A stretch of 64,000 nt of DNA from Rebecca billardiae RCC1528 (lineage: Eukaryota; Protista; Haptophyta): assembly GCA_965240325.2 (NCBI GenBank), contig OZ251247.1, forward strand, positions 496,001-560,000, given 5' to 3'. The notes beneath the pieces are model-generated. The model was given only the letters and a program-made list of their open reading frames with translations. It searched no databases and was not told the origin of the DNA. How positions within the stretch are numbered: the stretch's first letter is position 1; the number at the start of each line of letters is the position of its first letter. Shown here piece after piece: positions 11,738 to 21,594 of the stretch. The position numbers and the translations under genes were made by a program.

Positions 11738-13600
11738 TCAGCATAGCAGCGGCGGGAGCCGCACGATCTGCACGGGCGTGTCCATTGCTTCGGCCTCAGT
11801 CTCAGAGTCACTGTCCTCCAGCGGCGCCACGCTCTGGCTCGCAGAAGCGCCGTGGCCGAGCGCAGCTGAGTGCTTGCCGCACGAGTGCACGGCGCCGTCC
11901 GATGTGACGTACAGCGCGTGGGCCTCGCCGAGCGAGCAATGCACCACGCGCTTGCCAGAGAGGGCGCGCACGCACTTCGGAAGCGGGACCGCCTCGGCCC
12001 TGCGCCCAAGCCCCAGCTGGCCGTCCTCGTTGATCCCAAACGTGTGCACGCTGCCGTCCGCGCCCACCACCGCGCTGCAGCAGGGGCCGGCGCACGAGCG
12101 CACAGCGCGCACGCTTGCCAGGGCCTCGATGCGCTCGAGCTGCGTTGGGGTAACTTCCGTGTCGCCGCCGGTGCCCAGACAGCCGTAGGATGGATCCCCA
12201 ACGCCATGCACGCAGCCCGCCGCGTCCACCACCAGGCTGTGCAGAGCGCCCGCGCTCACATGCACGGCGCGCACGCCCGCAAGCGCCTCGATGCGCCTCG
12301 GCGTGTGCTGTTCCTGCTCGTCGCCGTGGCCGAGACGGCCCTTGTAGCCCCAGCCGCACGAGTAGACGGCGCCTTGCGCAGAGAGCAGTAGCGCGTGCGA
12401 CTCGCCCGCGGCCACTCCGCCCACGCGCACGCCGACCAGTGCCTCGATGCGCGTCGGCTCCCACCGCTCCTTCTTGTCGCCGTGGCCGAGCTGGCCGTAC
12501 TGGTTGCGGCCCCAGCTGTACGCGCAGCCAGCAACGGTGAGCGCGAGGCTGCCGTCGCCACCCGCTGCGATGCACACGACGGGTCCACTCAGCAGTGTGC
12601 CCACGGGCGTGAATGCCCAGCGCGTGGATCCGTCGCCCAGCCCCAGCTGGCCGTACTTGTTGTCGCCGCAGCCGTACACGGTGCCAGCATCGCTCAGCGC
12701 GAGCAGGTGGTGGTCGCCAGCGGCCACGGAGCGCACGCGCACTGCGCTGAGCGAGGCGACGCGCTTTGGCACGCGCACGGGCGGCACGGCCGCATCTGCG
12801 CCATGCGCAATCGCGGCGGGCGCGTAGCGCACGACCATGCCCTCCTCGTCCTCGTCCTCCTCCTCGCCGCACGTGTGGAGCCCGCCCTCCGCGTCCACAA
12901 ACGCGCTAAAGACCGCCAGGTTTTCAGCAGTACCGCACGCGACGGCACATGAGTGCGACAGACTCAGCTCGAGCACGCGCTCCCGCTCGAGTAGCTCCAC
13001 CGTCCACGTGGCCGGCAAAACCGGTAGCGCGCGCTCGTGGCCCCGCGCGCGCGCGCGCTCGCGCAGCGCGTGCTCGACCGGCGAGCGGCCGCCGGGCGCG
13101 CCGCGGAAGAGGCGCGAGACGGCGTTGGCCGCGGCGAGATCACGGGCGCTGCCGACCAGAGACAGTATGCGCACGTGAAGCTCGAACGGCAGCTCGGCAA
13201 GCGTCGGCGCCGACGCCTCGACAGCGGGCACACAGCCGGGGTGCGCCCCGTCCAGCCCACCGCCAGAGGGCTGCACGGGCGTGGGGTGGGCGCTGCCCGC
13301 GGCGACGACGACGTGGCGCGGCGAGCTGCGCCGGCGGAGGCCGTCGTACATCGTCATCGCTGATGCCGCGTGCGTGGAACGCCCGCAGCCCGCGCGGCCG
13401 CAGCGCACGGCGCAGGCCTCGGACGCGAGCGCGCGCTCGAAGAGGCAAACGTTGTGCGCGACGTGCTCCGCGCCGCACGCGAGCTGCGCCCACGGCTGCG
13501 GGCCGATGCGCTCGGAGCACAGAGCGCACACGGCATCGTCTGCGTTGGAGTTCAGAGCGACGGGCGCCTTGGCATCTCGTGCGAGGGGCGTGCGCTGCAT
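11738..13600 (-). CDS. RING-H2-like + F-box-like + 7x RCC1-repeat protein (copy 1, about 620 aa)
   Basis: CALC...C...H..H..C...C....C finger; F-box-like LAELPFELHVRILSLV...RDLAAANAVSRLF; repeated AAG.xH...GxVYxxGxNxxGQLGxG RCC1 motifs. Intronless. First ATG taken as start. Confidence 0.9.
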   Translation of the reverse strand: MQRTPLARDAKAPVALNSNADDAVCALCSERIGPQPWAQLACGAEHVAHNVCLFERALASEACAVRCGRAGCGRSTHAASAMTMYDGLRRRSSPRHVVVAAGSAHPTPVQPSGGGLDGAHPGCVPAVEASAPTLAELPFELHVRILSLVGSARDLAAANAVSRLFRGAPGGRSPVEHALRERARARGHERALPVLPATWTVELLERERVLELSLSHSCAVACGTAENLAVFSAFVDAEGGLHTCGEEEDEDEEGMVVRYAPAAIAHGADAAVPPVRVPKRVASLSAVRVRSVAAGDHHLLALSDAGTVYGCGDNKYGQLGLGDGSTRWAFTPVGTLLSGPVVCIAAGGDGSLALTVAGCAYSWGRNQYGQLGHGDKKERWEPTRIEALVGVRVGGVAAGESHALLLSAQGAVYSCGWGYKGRLGHGDEQEQHTPRRIEALAGVRAVHVSAGALHSLVVDAAGCVHGVGDPSYGCLGTGGDTEVTPTQLERIEALASVRAVRSCAGPCCSAVVGADGSVHTFGINEDGQLGLGRRAEAVPLPKCVRALSGKRVVHCSLGEAHALYVTSDGAVHSCGKHSAALGHGASASQSVAPLEDSDSETEAEAMDTPVQIVRLPPLLC

Positions 13601-13904
13601 GTCGTCGCTGACGCCGTCGCGCGAGCTTGCGGTCCTCTCGCTTGGCGCCGCCGCGAGCGCTGGCACGCCCGCGCTGCAGCCGTGAGGACGGTTGGCCGCG
13701 GTGTCCTGCCACTGGAGAGGCAATCCGGTCAGCTATGACCACTGTCAAACCGCTTAGCGGCAAGGGAGGTCGTCGTAGCGGTACCGCCCTTGGTAGCGGT
13801 GTGCAGCGGGACCGCAGTCGCCGTCAGTCGTCACAACTCTCGATACTAGGCGTGCGTACGTCACACGACGAGTTGTTAAACGAGTCCCCGGGAGTCAACG
13901 CCGC

Positions 13905-15767
13905 TCAGCACAGCAGCGGCGGGATCCGCGCGATCTGCACGGGCGTGGCGACTGCGGCGGCCTCGTTCTCAGACGCTGGGTCCTCCGGCGGCGCCACACT
14001 CTGGCTCGCAGAAGTGCCGTGGCCGAGCGCAGCGGACTGCCTGCCACACGAGTGCACGGCGCCATCCGCGGTGACGAAGAGCGAGTGCGAGCTGCCGAGC
14101 GAGCACTGGATCACGCGCTTACCAGAGTGCGCGTTCACGCACCCGGGCGCCGTCACCGCCTCGGACCTGTGCCCCAGCCCCAGCTGGCCATAGCCGTTGC
14201 TCCCGAACGTGTGCACGCGGCCGTCAGCGCCCAGCACCGCGCTGCTGAACCAGCCAGCACGGGCGCTGACCGCGCGCACGCCCGCCAGCGCCTCGATGCG
14301 CGTGGGCGGGGGCTGCGCATCCCATGATTCTTCGCCCAGGCAGCGGCATGATGGATTTCCGAACCCGTGCACGCAGCCCTCCGCGTCCACCACCAGGCTG
14401 TGCTCCCAGCCCGCGCTCACGTGCACGGCGCGCACGCCCACGAGCGCCTCGATGCGCCTCGGCGTGTGGTGTGACTTCAGGTCGTCGTGACCGAGCTGGC
14501 CAAAGAAGCCCCAGCCGCACGAGTAGACGGCACCACGTGAGGTGACCAGTAGCGTGTGCAAGAGCCCCGCGGCCAAGCCACCCACGCGCACGCCGTCCAG
14601 CGCCTCGATGCGCGTCGGCTCCCACCTGTCCTTCGTGTCGCCGTGGCCGAGCTGGCCGTAGTAGTTGCGGCCCCAGCTGTACGCGCAGCCGGCAACGCTG
14701 AGCGCCAGGCTGCCGTCGCCACCCGCTGCGATGCACACGACGGGTCCACTCAGCAGTGTGCCCACGGGCGTGAATGCCCAGCGCGTGGATCCGTCGCCCA
14801 GCCCCAGCTGGCCGTACTTGTTGTCGCCGCAGCCGTACACGGTGCCAGCATCGCTCAGCGCGAGCAGGTGGTGGTCGCCAGCGGCCACGGAGCGCACGCG
14901 CACTGCGCTGAGCGAGGCGACGCGCTTTGGCACGCGCACGGGCGGCACGGCCGCATCTGCGCCATGCGCAATCGCGGCGGGCGCGTAGCGCACGATCATG
15001 CCCTCCCAGTCCTCGTCCTCCTCCTCGCCGCACGTGACCGTGTGGAGCCCGCCCTCCGCGTCCACAAACGCGCTAAAGACCGCCAGGTTTTCAGCAGTAC
15101 CGCACGCGACGGCACTCGAGTGCGACCGACTCAGCTCGAGCACGCGCTCCCGCTCGAGTAGCCCCACCGTCCACGTGGCCGGCAAAACCGGCAGCGCGCG
15201 CTCGTGGCCCCGCGCGCGCGCGCGCTCGCGCAGCGCGTGCTCGACCGGCGAGCGGCCGCCGGGCGCGCCGCGGAAGAGGCGCGAGACGGCGTTGGCCGCG
15301 GCGAGATCACGGGTGCTGCCGACCAGAGACAGTATGCGCACGTGAAGCTCGAACGGCAGCTCGGCAAGCGTCGGCGCCGACGCCTCGGCAGCGGGCACAC
15401 AGCCGGGGTGGGCCCCTTCCCGCCCACCGCCAGAGGGCTGCACGGGCGCGGGGTGGGCGCTGCCCGCGGCGACGACGACGTGGCGCGGCGAGCTGCGCCG
15501 GCGGAGGCCGTCGTACATCGTCATCGCTGATGCCGCATGCGTGGAACGCCCGCAGCCCGCGCGGCCGCAGCGCACGGCGCAGGCCTCGGACGCGAGCGCG
15601 CGCTCGAAGAGGCAAACGTTGTGCGCGACGTGCTCCGCGCCGCACGCGAGCTGCGCCCACGGCTGCGGGCCGATGCGCTCGAAGCACAGAGCGCACACGG
15701 CATCATCTGCCTCCGAGTCCAGAGCGGCGGGCGCCTTGGCATTGCGTGCGAGGGGCGTGCGCTCCAT
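13905..15767 (-). CDS. RING-H2-like + F-box-like + 7x RCC1-repeat protein (copy 2, about 620 aa)
   Basis: Near-identical to copy 1 in the N-terminal 60%, divergent in blades 4-7. Start MERTPLARN matches copy 1. Confidence 0.9.
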   Translation of the reverse strand: MERTPLARNAKAPAALDSEADDAVCALCFERIGPQPWAQLACGAEHVAHNVCLFERALASEACAVRCGRAGCGRSTHAASAMTMYDGLRRRSSPRHVVVAAGSAHPAPVQPSGGGREGAHPGCVPAAEASAPTLAELPFELHVRILSLVGSTRDLAAANAVSRLFRGAPGGRSPVEHALRERARARGHERALPVLPATWTVGLLERERVLELSRSHSSAVACGTAENLAVFSAFVDAEGGLHTVTCGEEEDEDWEGMIVRYAPAAIAHGADAAVPPVRVPKRVASLSAVRVRSVAAGDHHLLALSDAGTVYGCGDNKYGQLGLGDGSTRWAFTPVGTLLSGPVVCIAAGGDGSLALSVAGCAYSWGRNYYGQLGHGDTKDRWEPTRIEALDGVRVGGLAAGLLHTLLVTSRGAVYSCGWGFFGQLGHDDLKSHHTPRRIEALVGVRAVHVSAGWEHSLVVDAEGCVHGFGNPSCRCLGEESWDAQPPPTRIEALAGVRAVSARAGWFSSAVLGADGRVHTFGSNGYGQLGLGHRSEAVTAPGCVNAHSGKRVIQCSLGSSHSLFVTADGAVHSCGRQSAALGHGTSASQSVAPPEDPASENEAAAVATPVQIARIPPLLC

Positions 15768-16079
15768 GCTATCACCGAGGCCTTCGCGCGCGCTTGCGGT
15801 CTCTCGCGATATGCGACGGAGCCGCGCAAAGCCCGCCGCTTGCGAAGCCGCGATGACGGTTGGCCGCGGTGTCCGGGAGAAGCGGCAAGCGTGAGCGCAG
15901 AGACGGGGACTCCCTTCAGGTGAGCCCGCCCCGCCGGACGAGTTGCAGCGACGATGTCGTGTTGTACCCGCGGCGATGGTGTCATCAGTCGCTCGGAGGT
16001 CGAACACGCTGGCAGTGGTGGCACGTCTGGCATGGCACCTGCCACCTACACTGGCCGCACTGTCATCGCCCCCAGCGAA

Positions 16080-17645
16080 TCACCCGGACGCAACTCCACA
16101 CAGCAACACCTGCACGGGTGTGGCGATTGCAGTGACGCTGTTCACCGGCGGCGACGCGCTCGCGCTCGCAGACGTGCCGAGGCCGAGCGCGCCCGAATGC
16201 CTGCCACACGAGTACACGGCGCCGTCCGCGGTGACGAAGAGCGCGTGCGAGCTGCTGCCGAACGAGCACTGGACCACGCGCTCACCGAAAAGGGCGTGCA
16301 CACGCTCCGGCACCGTCACCTCGTTCGACCTGCGCCCAAGCCCCAGCTGCCCATACTCGTTGTCCCCGAACGCGTGCACGCTGCCGTCCGCGCCCAGCAC
16401 CGCGCTGATGTAGCAGCCAGCGCACGCGCGGACGGCTCTCACGGCAGCGAGGACCTCGACGCGCCTCGGCGCGAGCTGGCAGCGCGCGCGGCCGTGCCCG
16501 AGCTCACCATGCCGACCTCCCCCAAACGAGTACACCGCACCCTCCGCGTCCACCACCAGGCTGTGACCAGCGCCCGCGCTCACGTGCACGGCGCGCACGC
16601 CCGCGAGCGCCTCGATGCGCCTCGGCGTGTGCTGATCCTGCCTGTCGTCGTGGCCCAGAGCGCCTAAGATGCCGTCACCACACAAGTACACGGCGCCTCG
16701 CGTGGTGAGAAGCAGCGTGTGGGCTTCACCTGCTGCCACCCCACCCAGGCGCACACCGCCCAGCGCCTCGATGCGCGCCGGCACCCACCGCTCCTTCGTG
16801 TCGCCGTGGCCGAGCTGGCCGTGCCCGTTGCCGCCCCAGCTGTACGCACAGCCAGCGGCGCTGAGCGCGAGGCTGTGGCGATAGCCAGCCGCGACACCCA
16901 CGAGCACTTCGTCGGCCGGCGTGGGCACGCGACTGAACGAGCTGCGCGGGACAGAGCCCGCCAGCCCCAGCTGGCCGCAGTCGTTCTCGCCGCAGCCGTA
17001 CACCGTCCCGGCCTCGCTCAGCGCCAGCAGGTGAAGGCGTCCGGCGGCCACAGAGCGCACGCGCACCGCGCTCAGCGAGGCGACCAGCGTCGGCACGAGC
17101 ACGGGCGGCGCCGCTGCGTCGGCGTCATGCGCAATCGCGACAGGCGCGACACGCACTGCCACGCCCTCGTCCTCCCCGTCCTCCTCGCCCCCTTCCGCCT
17201 CCTGCTCCTCCTCCTCCTCGCCGCACGTGTGCAGCCCGCCCTCCGCGTCCACAAACGCGCTGAACTCGAGAAGGGGGCCGTGACAGTCGCCTCCGGCAGC
17301 GGCCACGTCGGAGTGCGCGCACGCGAGCTCGAACACGCGCTCGCGCGCAAGCAGCTCCTCCGTCCAGCTGCGCACGCCGGGCGGCAGCGCGGCAGGCAGA
17401 GCGCGCCCGTGACCGCGCGCGTGCGCGCGCTCGCGCAGCGCGTGCTCGACCGCCGAGCGGCTGCCCGGCGCGCCGCGGAAGAGGCGCGAGGTAGCGTTGG
17501 CGGCGGCAATGCCACGCGCGCAGCCGGAGTGCGTAAGAATGCGCTCGATGAGATCGGCCGGCATGCCGTCCAACGAGAGCCGCGTCGCCGGAGTAGCGGC
17601 GTCATCGTCCGCACCCGCGTCGAGGGCACCGCCGTGGTCCGCCAT
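16080..17645 (-). CDS. F-box-like + 7x RCC1-repeat protein (copy 3, 521 aa)
   Basis: LDGMPADLIERILTH F-box-like motif, seven RCC1 blades, long acidic loop EEEEEQEAEGGEEDGEDEG. Confidence 0.9.
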   Translation of the reverse strand: MADHGGALDAGADDDAATPATRLSLDGMPADLIERILTHSGCARGIAAANATSRLFRGAPGSRSAVEHALRERAHARGHGRALPAALPPGVRSWTEELLARERVFELACAHSDVAAAGGDCHGPLLEFSAFVDAEGGLHTCGEEEEEQEAEGGEEDGEDEGVAVRVAPVAIAHDADAAAPPVLVPTLVASLSAVRVRSVAAGRLHLLALSEAGTVYGCGENDCGQLGLAGSVPRSSFSRVPTPADEVLVGVAAGYRHSLALSAAGCAYSWGGNGHGQLGHGDTKERWVPARIEALGGVRLGGVAAGEAHTLLLTTRGAVYLCGDGILGALGHDDRQDQHTPRRIEALAGVRAVHVSAGAGHSLVVDAEGAVYSFGGGRHGELGHGRARCQLAPRRVEVLAAVRAVRACAGCYISAVLGADGSVHAFGDNEYGQLGLGRRSNEVTVPERVHALFGERVVQCSFGSSSHALFVTADGAVYSCGRHSGALGLGTSASASASPPVNSVTAIATPVQVLLCGVASG

Positions 17646-18183
17646 CGTCGTCGGGAGAAGCTACAAGAGATACGCGTACAGTTTACTAAGAATAAGAGAC
17701 GCACACAGCTCAGGCAGGCGAGATTGACGCCCGCCAACTGTCACCGCCCATGAAGCCGTCGCCGATGGTAGCGCCGCCGGAAAAATTCGTTCAGCCGTCC
17801 GCCTGCGAGGCCTGGACGAGGGCTGCGGCCGCCTCGCGGCGCGCCAGCGCCCGTTGTCCTCGCCCCACCGTCGTCCACAAAACGTCGTCGTCCGAACTCG
17901 CCGACTGGGCGCCGATGCGACAGCAGCTACGACTGAGTGAAGGATTTTTCATTCTTATTCGATATGATTTTAATACTGTCTTGTACTCACTCATCTTCAG
18001 TTGGCATCACAGTCGTGTCATACCCCATCAATCACCCGATGTCAGAGAGCCTCGTCGCAGATACTGTAGCCACTGGGCCACACGCACTGGGCCAAACGCT
18101 CCTACAGCGCCGTGGGGTCGTCGTCTCGCGCCGCGACCTCTCCGGTTCCGAGGCGCTCCTTCTCCCCACTGCTCCGACCGCCC

Positions 18184-18588
18184 CTACAGCGCCGTGGGGT
18201 CGTCGTCCCGCGCCGCGTCCTTGAGGAAGCCTCCGCTCTTGAGGCGCTCCTTCTTCGCCTGGGAGCCCATGGACGGGGGCAGGTTGTCCACCTCTCCCAT
18301 CACGTCGCCCAGCGAGAACTGCAGCGCCGCCGCGCCCACGAGCAGCACGCCCACGATGCCCACCAGCAGGGAGTCGGGCGGCAGCTCGACGCCGCCGTCG
18401 GCCGCGTCCGCGAGCGCGGCGAGGGGCGCCGCGGCGACACCGAGCGCGGGCGCGGCCGCGGCGGTGCGCACGGTGCGTGCGGGCAGCCGCGGCGCGCGCG
18501 CGTGGCCCACGCCGCGCGGCGCGGCGCCCTGCGCCAGCGTCGCCAGACCCAGCATGAGCAGCACGCACGCCCAGGTCGCAGGCGCCAT
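18184..18588 (-). CDS. Small single-pass membrane protein with signal + transit + AxA presequence (probable plastid thylakoid protein)
   Basis: MAPATWACVLLMLGLATLAQG (signal), Arg/Ala-rich stretch (transit), APLAALA-D (thylakoid-peptidase-like site), TM LLVGIVGVLLVGAAALQFSL, charged tail. High third-position GC. Confidence 0.7.
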   Translation of the reverse strand: MAPATWACVLLMLGLATLAQGAAPRGVGHARAPRLPARTVRTAAAAPALGVAAAPLAALADAADGGVELPPDSLLVGIVGVLLVGAAALQFSLGDVMGEVDNLPPSMGSQAKKERLKSGGFLKDAARDDDPTAL

Positions 18589-18784
18589 GGTGATGCGAGC
18601 CAAGCAGCCAAGCGACCCCGCCAGCGGGCCAGCGCTGTCGCATCGTCGCCGTGTTTCACTGTGTGACGACCACCCTTGGTGTGACAGCGTCCGGCCGCCC
18701 GGTGTGCATCATTGAATTCATTCTGCCTCCGTTCGTCATCAGCAGCATCTTGCTGCCCTCGGCGGGAGGAGGCTCGGCTTGGTG

Positions 18785-20302
18785 ATGGCGCTCACGGCGC
18801 GGCGCGAAAGCTCGGCGTCCGCTCGCTGCTCGGCAGCATCGGGGCTTGCCAGCCTGCCCATCGAGGCCATCGAGCGCATTCTGCTCGTACTCGAGTCGCG
18901 GCACGACCTCGCCGCCGCCAACGCCGCCTCGCGCCTCTTCCGCGGCGCGCCCGGCTGCCGCTCGCCGGTCGAGCACGCGCTGCGCGAGCGCGCGCGCGCG
19001 CGCGGGCACGGGCGTGCCCTGCTGGGCACGCCCGCCGCAGGCGCCTGCAGCTGGACGGAAGAGTTCTTCGCCTGGGAGCGCTTGCTCGAGCTGGCGCAGA
19101 TGCACGCGCTGCCCGTCGCTGCCGGTGGGGAGGTCTTCCACCGCTGGCTGAGCGCGTTTGTGGACGCGGAGGGCGGGCTGCACACGTGCGGCGAGGAGAA
19201 GGTGACGGACGAGGGCGGTGTGCCGACGGGCGAGTTTCGAGCGCATGCTGCACTGGGCCACCCCGCTGTATCGGTGGTGTGTCGGCCGTCGCGCGTGCCC
19301 TCGCTCTCCGCGGTGCGCGTGCGCTCTGTGGCCGCTGGCTACGAGCACCTGCTCGCGCTGAGCGACGCCGGCGCCGTGTACGGCTGCGGCAACAACGATT
19401 ACGGCCAGCTCGGGCTGGGGGACGATGAGACGCGGTGGTCCTTCGCTCTCGCCATCGTACCGCAGGATGCACCCCTCGTGTGTGTCGCGGCTGGCGGCAG
19501 CCACAGCCTCGCGCTCACCGCTGCTGGGTGCGCGTACAGCTGGGGCAGCAACTACTGCGGCCAGCTCGGCCACGGCGACACGGAGAAGCGGTGGGAGCCG
19601 ACGCGCATCGAGGCGCTGGACGGCGTGCGTGTGGGGGGCGTGACCGCAGGGGCTTCGCACTCGCTACTGCTCTCTGCACAAGGCGCCGTCTACTCGTTCG
19701 GTGGAGGCTGGGGCGGCCAGCTCGGCCACGGCGACACGCAGCATCAGCACACGCCGAGGTGCATCGAGGCGCTCGCGGGCGTGCGCGCCGTGCACGTGAG
19801 TGCGGGCCGTGAGCACAGCCTGGTGGTGGACGCGGAGGGTGGCGTGCACTCGTACGGCGAGAGCTATGAGGGCAGTCTTGGTACCGGTGGCCCGGTTGTG
19901 CAGCCATCGCCCGCGCGCATCGAGGCCCTGGCTGGCGTCATCGCTGTTCGCGCGTGCGCTGGCCCTGTCAGCAGCGCGGTGCTGGGCGCGGACGGCAGCG
20001 TGCACACGTTTGGGGCCAACGAGCACGGTGTGCTGGGGCACGAGGGCGACGATGACGCATTGCAGCCGCCCGCGCATGTGCAAGCGCTTGCGCCCGCACG
20101 CGTAACCTGCTGTTCGCTCGCTAGTACCCACGCGCTGTTCGTGAGTGCAGACGGTGCTGTGTACTCGTGCGGCCTGCAGTCGGCAGCGCTCGGCCAGGGC
20201 ACCCGCATGGTTCTGATCTTCCCTCCTGGGGTGCTGTGGACGCCCGTGCGCATCGAGCAGCTGCCGCGCGTCGGTGCCCCACTGGCCTCTTCGTCTGACT
20301 GA
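18785..20302 (+). CDS. F-box-like + 7x RCC1-repeat protein (copy 4, about 505 aa)
   Basis: LASLPIEAIERILLVLESRHDLAAANAASRLF, then seven RCC1 blades. Intronless. Confidence 0.9.
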   Translation: MALTARRESSASARCSAASGLASLPIEAIERILLVLESRHDLAAANAASRLFRGAPGCRSPVEHALRERARARGHGRALLGTPAAGACSWTEEFFAWERLLELAQMHALPVAAGGEVFHRWLSAFVDAEGGLHTCGEEKVTDEGGVPTGEFRAHAALGHPAVSVVCRPSRVPSLSAVRVRSVAAGYEHLLALSDAGAVYGCGNNDYGQLGLGDDETRWSFALAIVPQDAPLVCVAAGGSHSLALTAAGCAYSWGSNYCGQLGHGDTEKRWEPTRIEALDGVRVGGVTAGASHSLLLSAQGAVYSFGGGWGGQLGHGDTQHQHTPRCIEALAGVRAVHVSAGREHSLVVDAEGGVHSYGESYEGSLGTGGPVVQPSPARIEALAGVIAVRACAGPVSSAVLGADGSVHTFGANEHGVLGHEGDDDALQPPAHVQALAPARVTCCSLASTHALFVSADGAVYSCGLQSAALGQGTRMVLIFPPGVLWTPVRIEQLPRVGAPLASSSD

Positions 20303-20355
20303 TCGCGACTGATGCGAGGAGTGCTGCAAGCTGCGGTAGGTTTGCAGACGCCAAT

Positions 20356-21480
20356 CAAGGGCGGTAAGGGCTGTCAACTCCCAGTGGCGGCAGCGCCAGA
20401 GGTTGGTCGCCGCTTCGTCGCTGCGCGGCCTCGCTCCAGCGACTAACTCTCGTGGGCGCCCGCCCTGGGGGGCGAGTGGGGCGCGCACGGCGCGAGCTCC
20501 TGTGGCCGTGTACGCGCGCGCGGAGGCGGCGCGCGTGGCTGGGCAGGTGCTAAGGAGTGTATGTCGCCCTCCCACGCCGCGCGCCTTGCTCGCCGCCGCT
20601 TTCGCCGCGCCTCAGGCCAGCGCGCACGCGTGCGCCGCCTCCAGAGCCAGCCTCGGGCAATCGGCAGCCGCCCGCGCATGTGTGGTGCGCGGTCTGGTCG
20701 GCGCGAGTCGGTCGGGGCCATCGGGCGAGGCTCGCATACTATAGACGCGCGCCATGCCGCCTCGCGCCGCCGCGCGTGGGTTGTCATGGGTCGACACGCA
20801 AGCATCTTAGGTCTGACACGAACTGCAGCACGAATGCGAAAATGCTCATGTTTGGACGCTCATGGAGACGCTGGAGAGCACAATAGACGCGCGCAGGCGA
20901 TGAAGAGCGGGGCAACGCACTCATAGGACGCCGTACAAGCGCCCAATGCGGCCGCCTATCACGCGCATGTGCGCTCACTGTCACGTATTCGAGCTCATTT
21001 CTGCTTGTGCATTCATCGATCAGCTTCCTTCCACAGCTTCACGGGATGGGACCGGGCCCATGCGCGGCGGCGCGAGGCGGCATGGCGCGCGTCTATAGTA
21101 TGCGAGCCTCGCCCGATGGCCCCGACCGACTCGCGCCGACCAGACCGCGCACCACACATGCGCGGGCGGCTGCCGATTGCCCGAGGCTGGCTCTGGAGGC
21201 GGCGCACGCGTGCGCGCTGGCCTGAGGCGCGGCGAAAGCGGCGGCGAGCAAGGCGCGCGGCGTGGGAGGGCGACATACACTCCTTAGCACCTGCCCAGCC
21301 ACGCGCGCCGCCTCCGCGCGCGCGTACACGGCCACAGGAGCTCGCGCCGTGCGCGCCCCACTCGCCCCGCAGGGCGGGCGCCCACGAGAGTTAGTCGCTG
21401 GAGCGAGGCCGCGCAGCGACGAAGCGGCGACCAACCTCTGGCGCTGCCGCCACTGGGAGTTGACAGCCTTCCCGCCCTTG
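20356..21480. mobile_element. Foldback / long-TIR non-autonomous transposon (arms about 425 bp, spacer about 276 bp, TSD CGCCAAT)
   Basis: 20356-20780 is the near-perfect reverse complement of 21057-21480. Ends are CAAGGG...CCCTTG. cgccaat at 20349-20355 and 21481-21487. Confidence 0.9.
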
Positions 21481-21594
21481 CGCCAATCATCGCCCACTAT
21501 CGAGTGGCTCCGGCGACTGAGGCTATTCATGCTGAGCATATCCGCCGGACTCCTGGCCAACCGCCTTCGACTTCCGAGCGCCAAGGCCATATCG

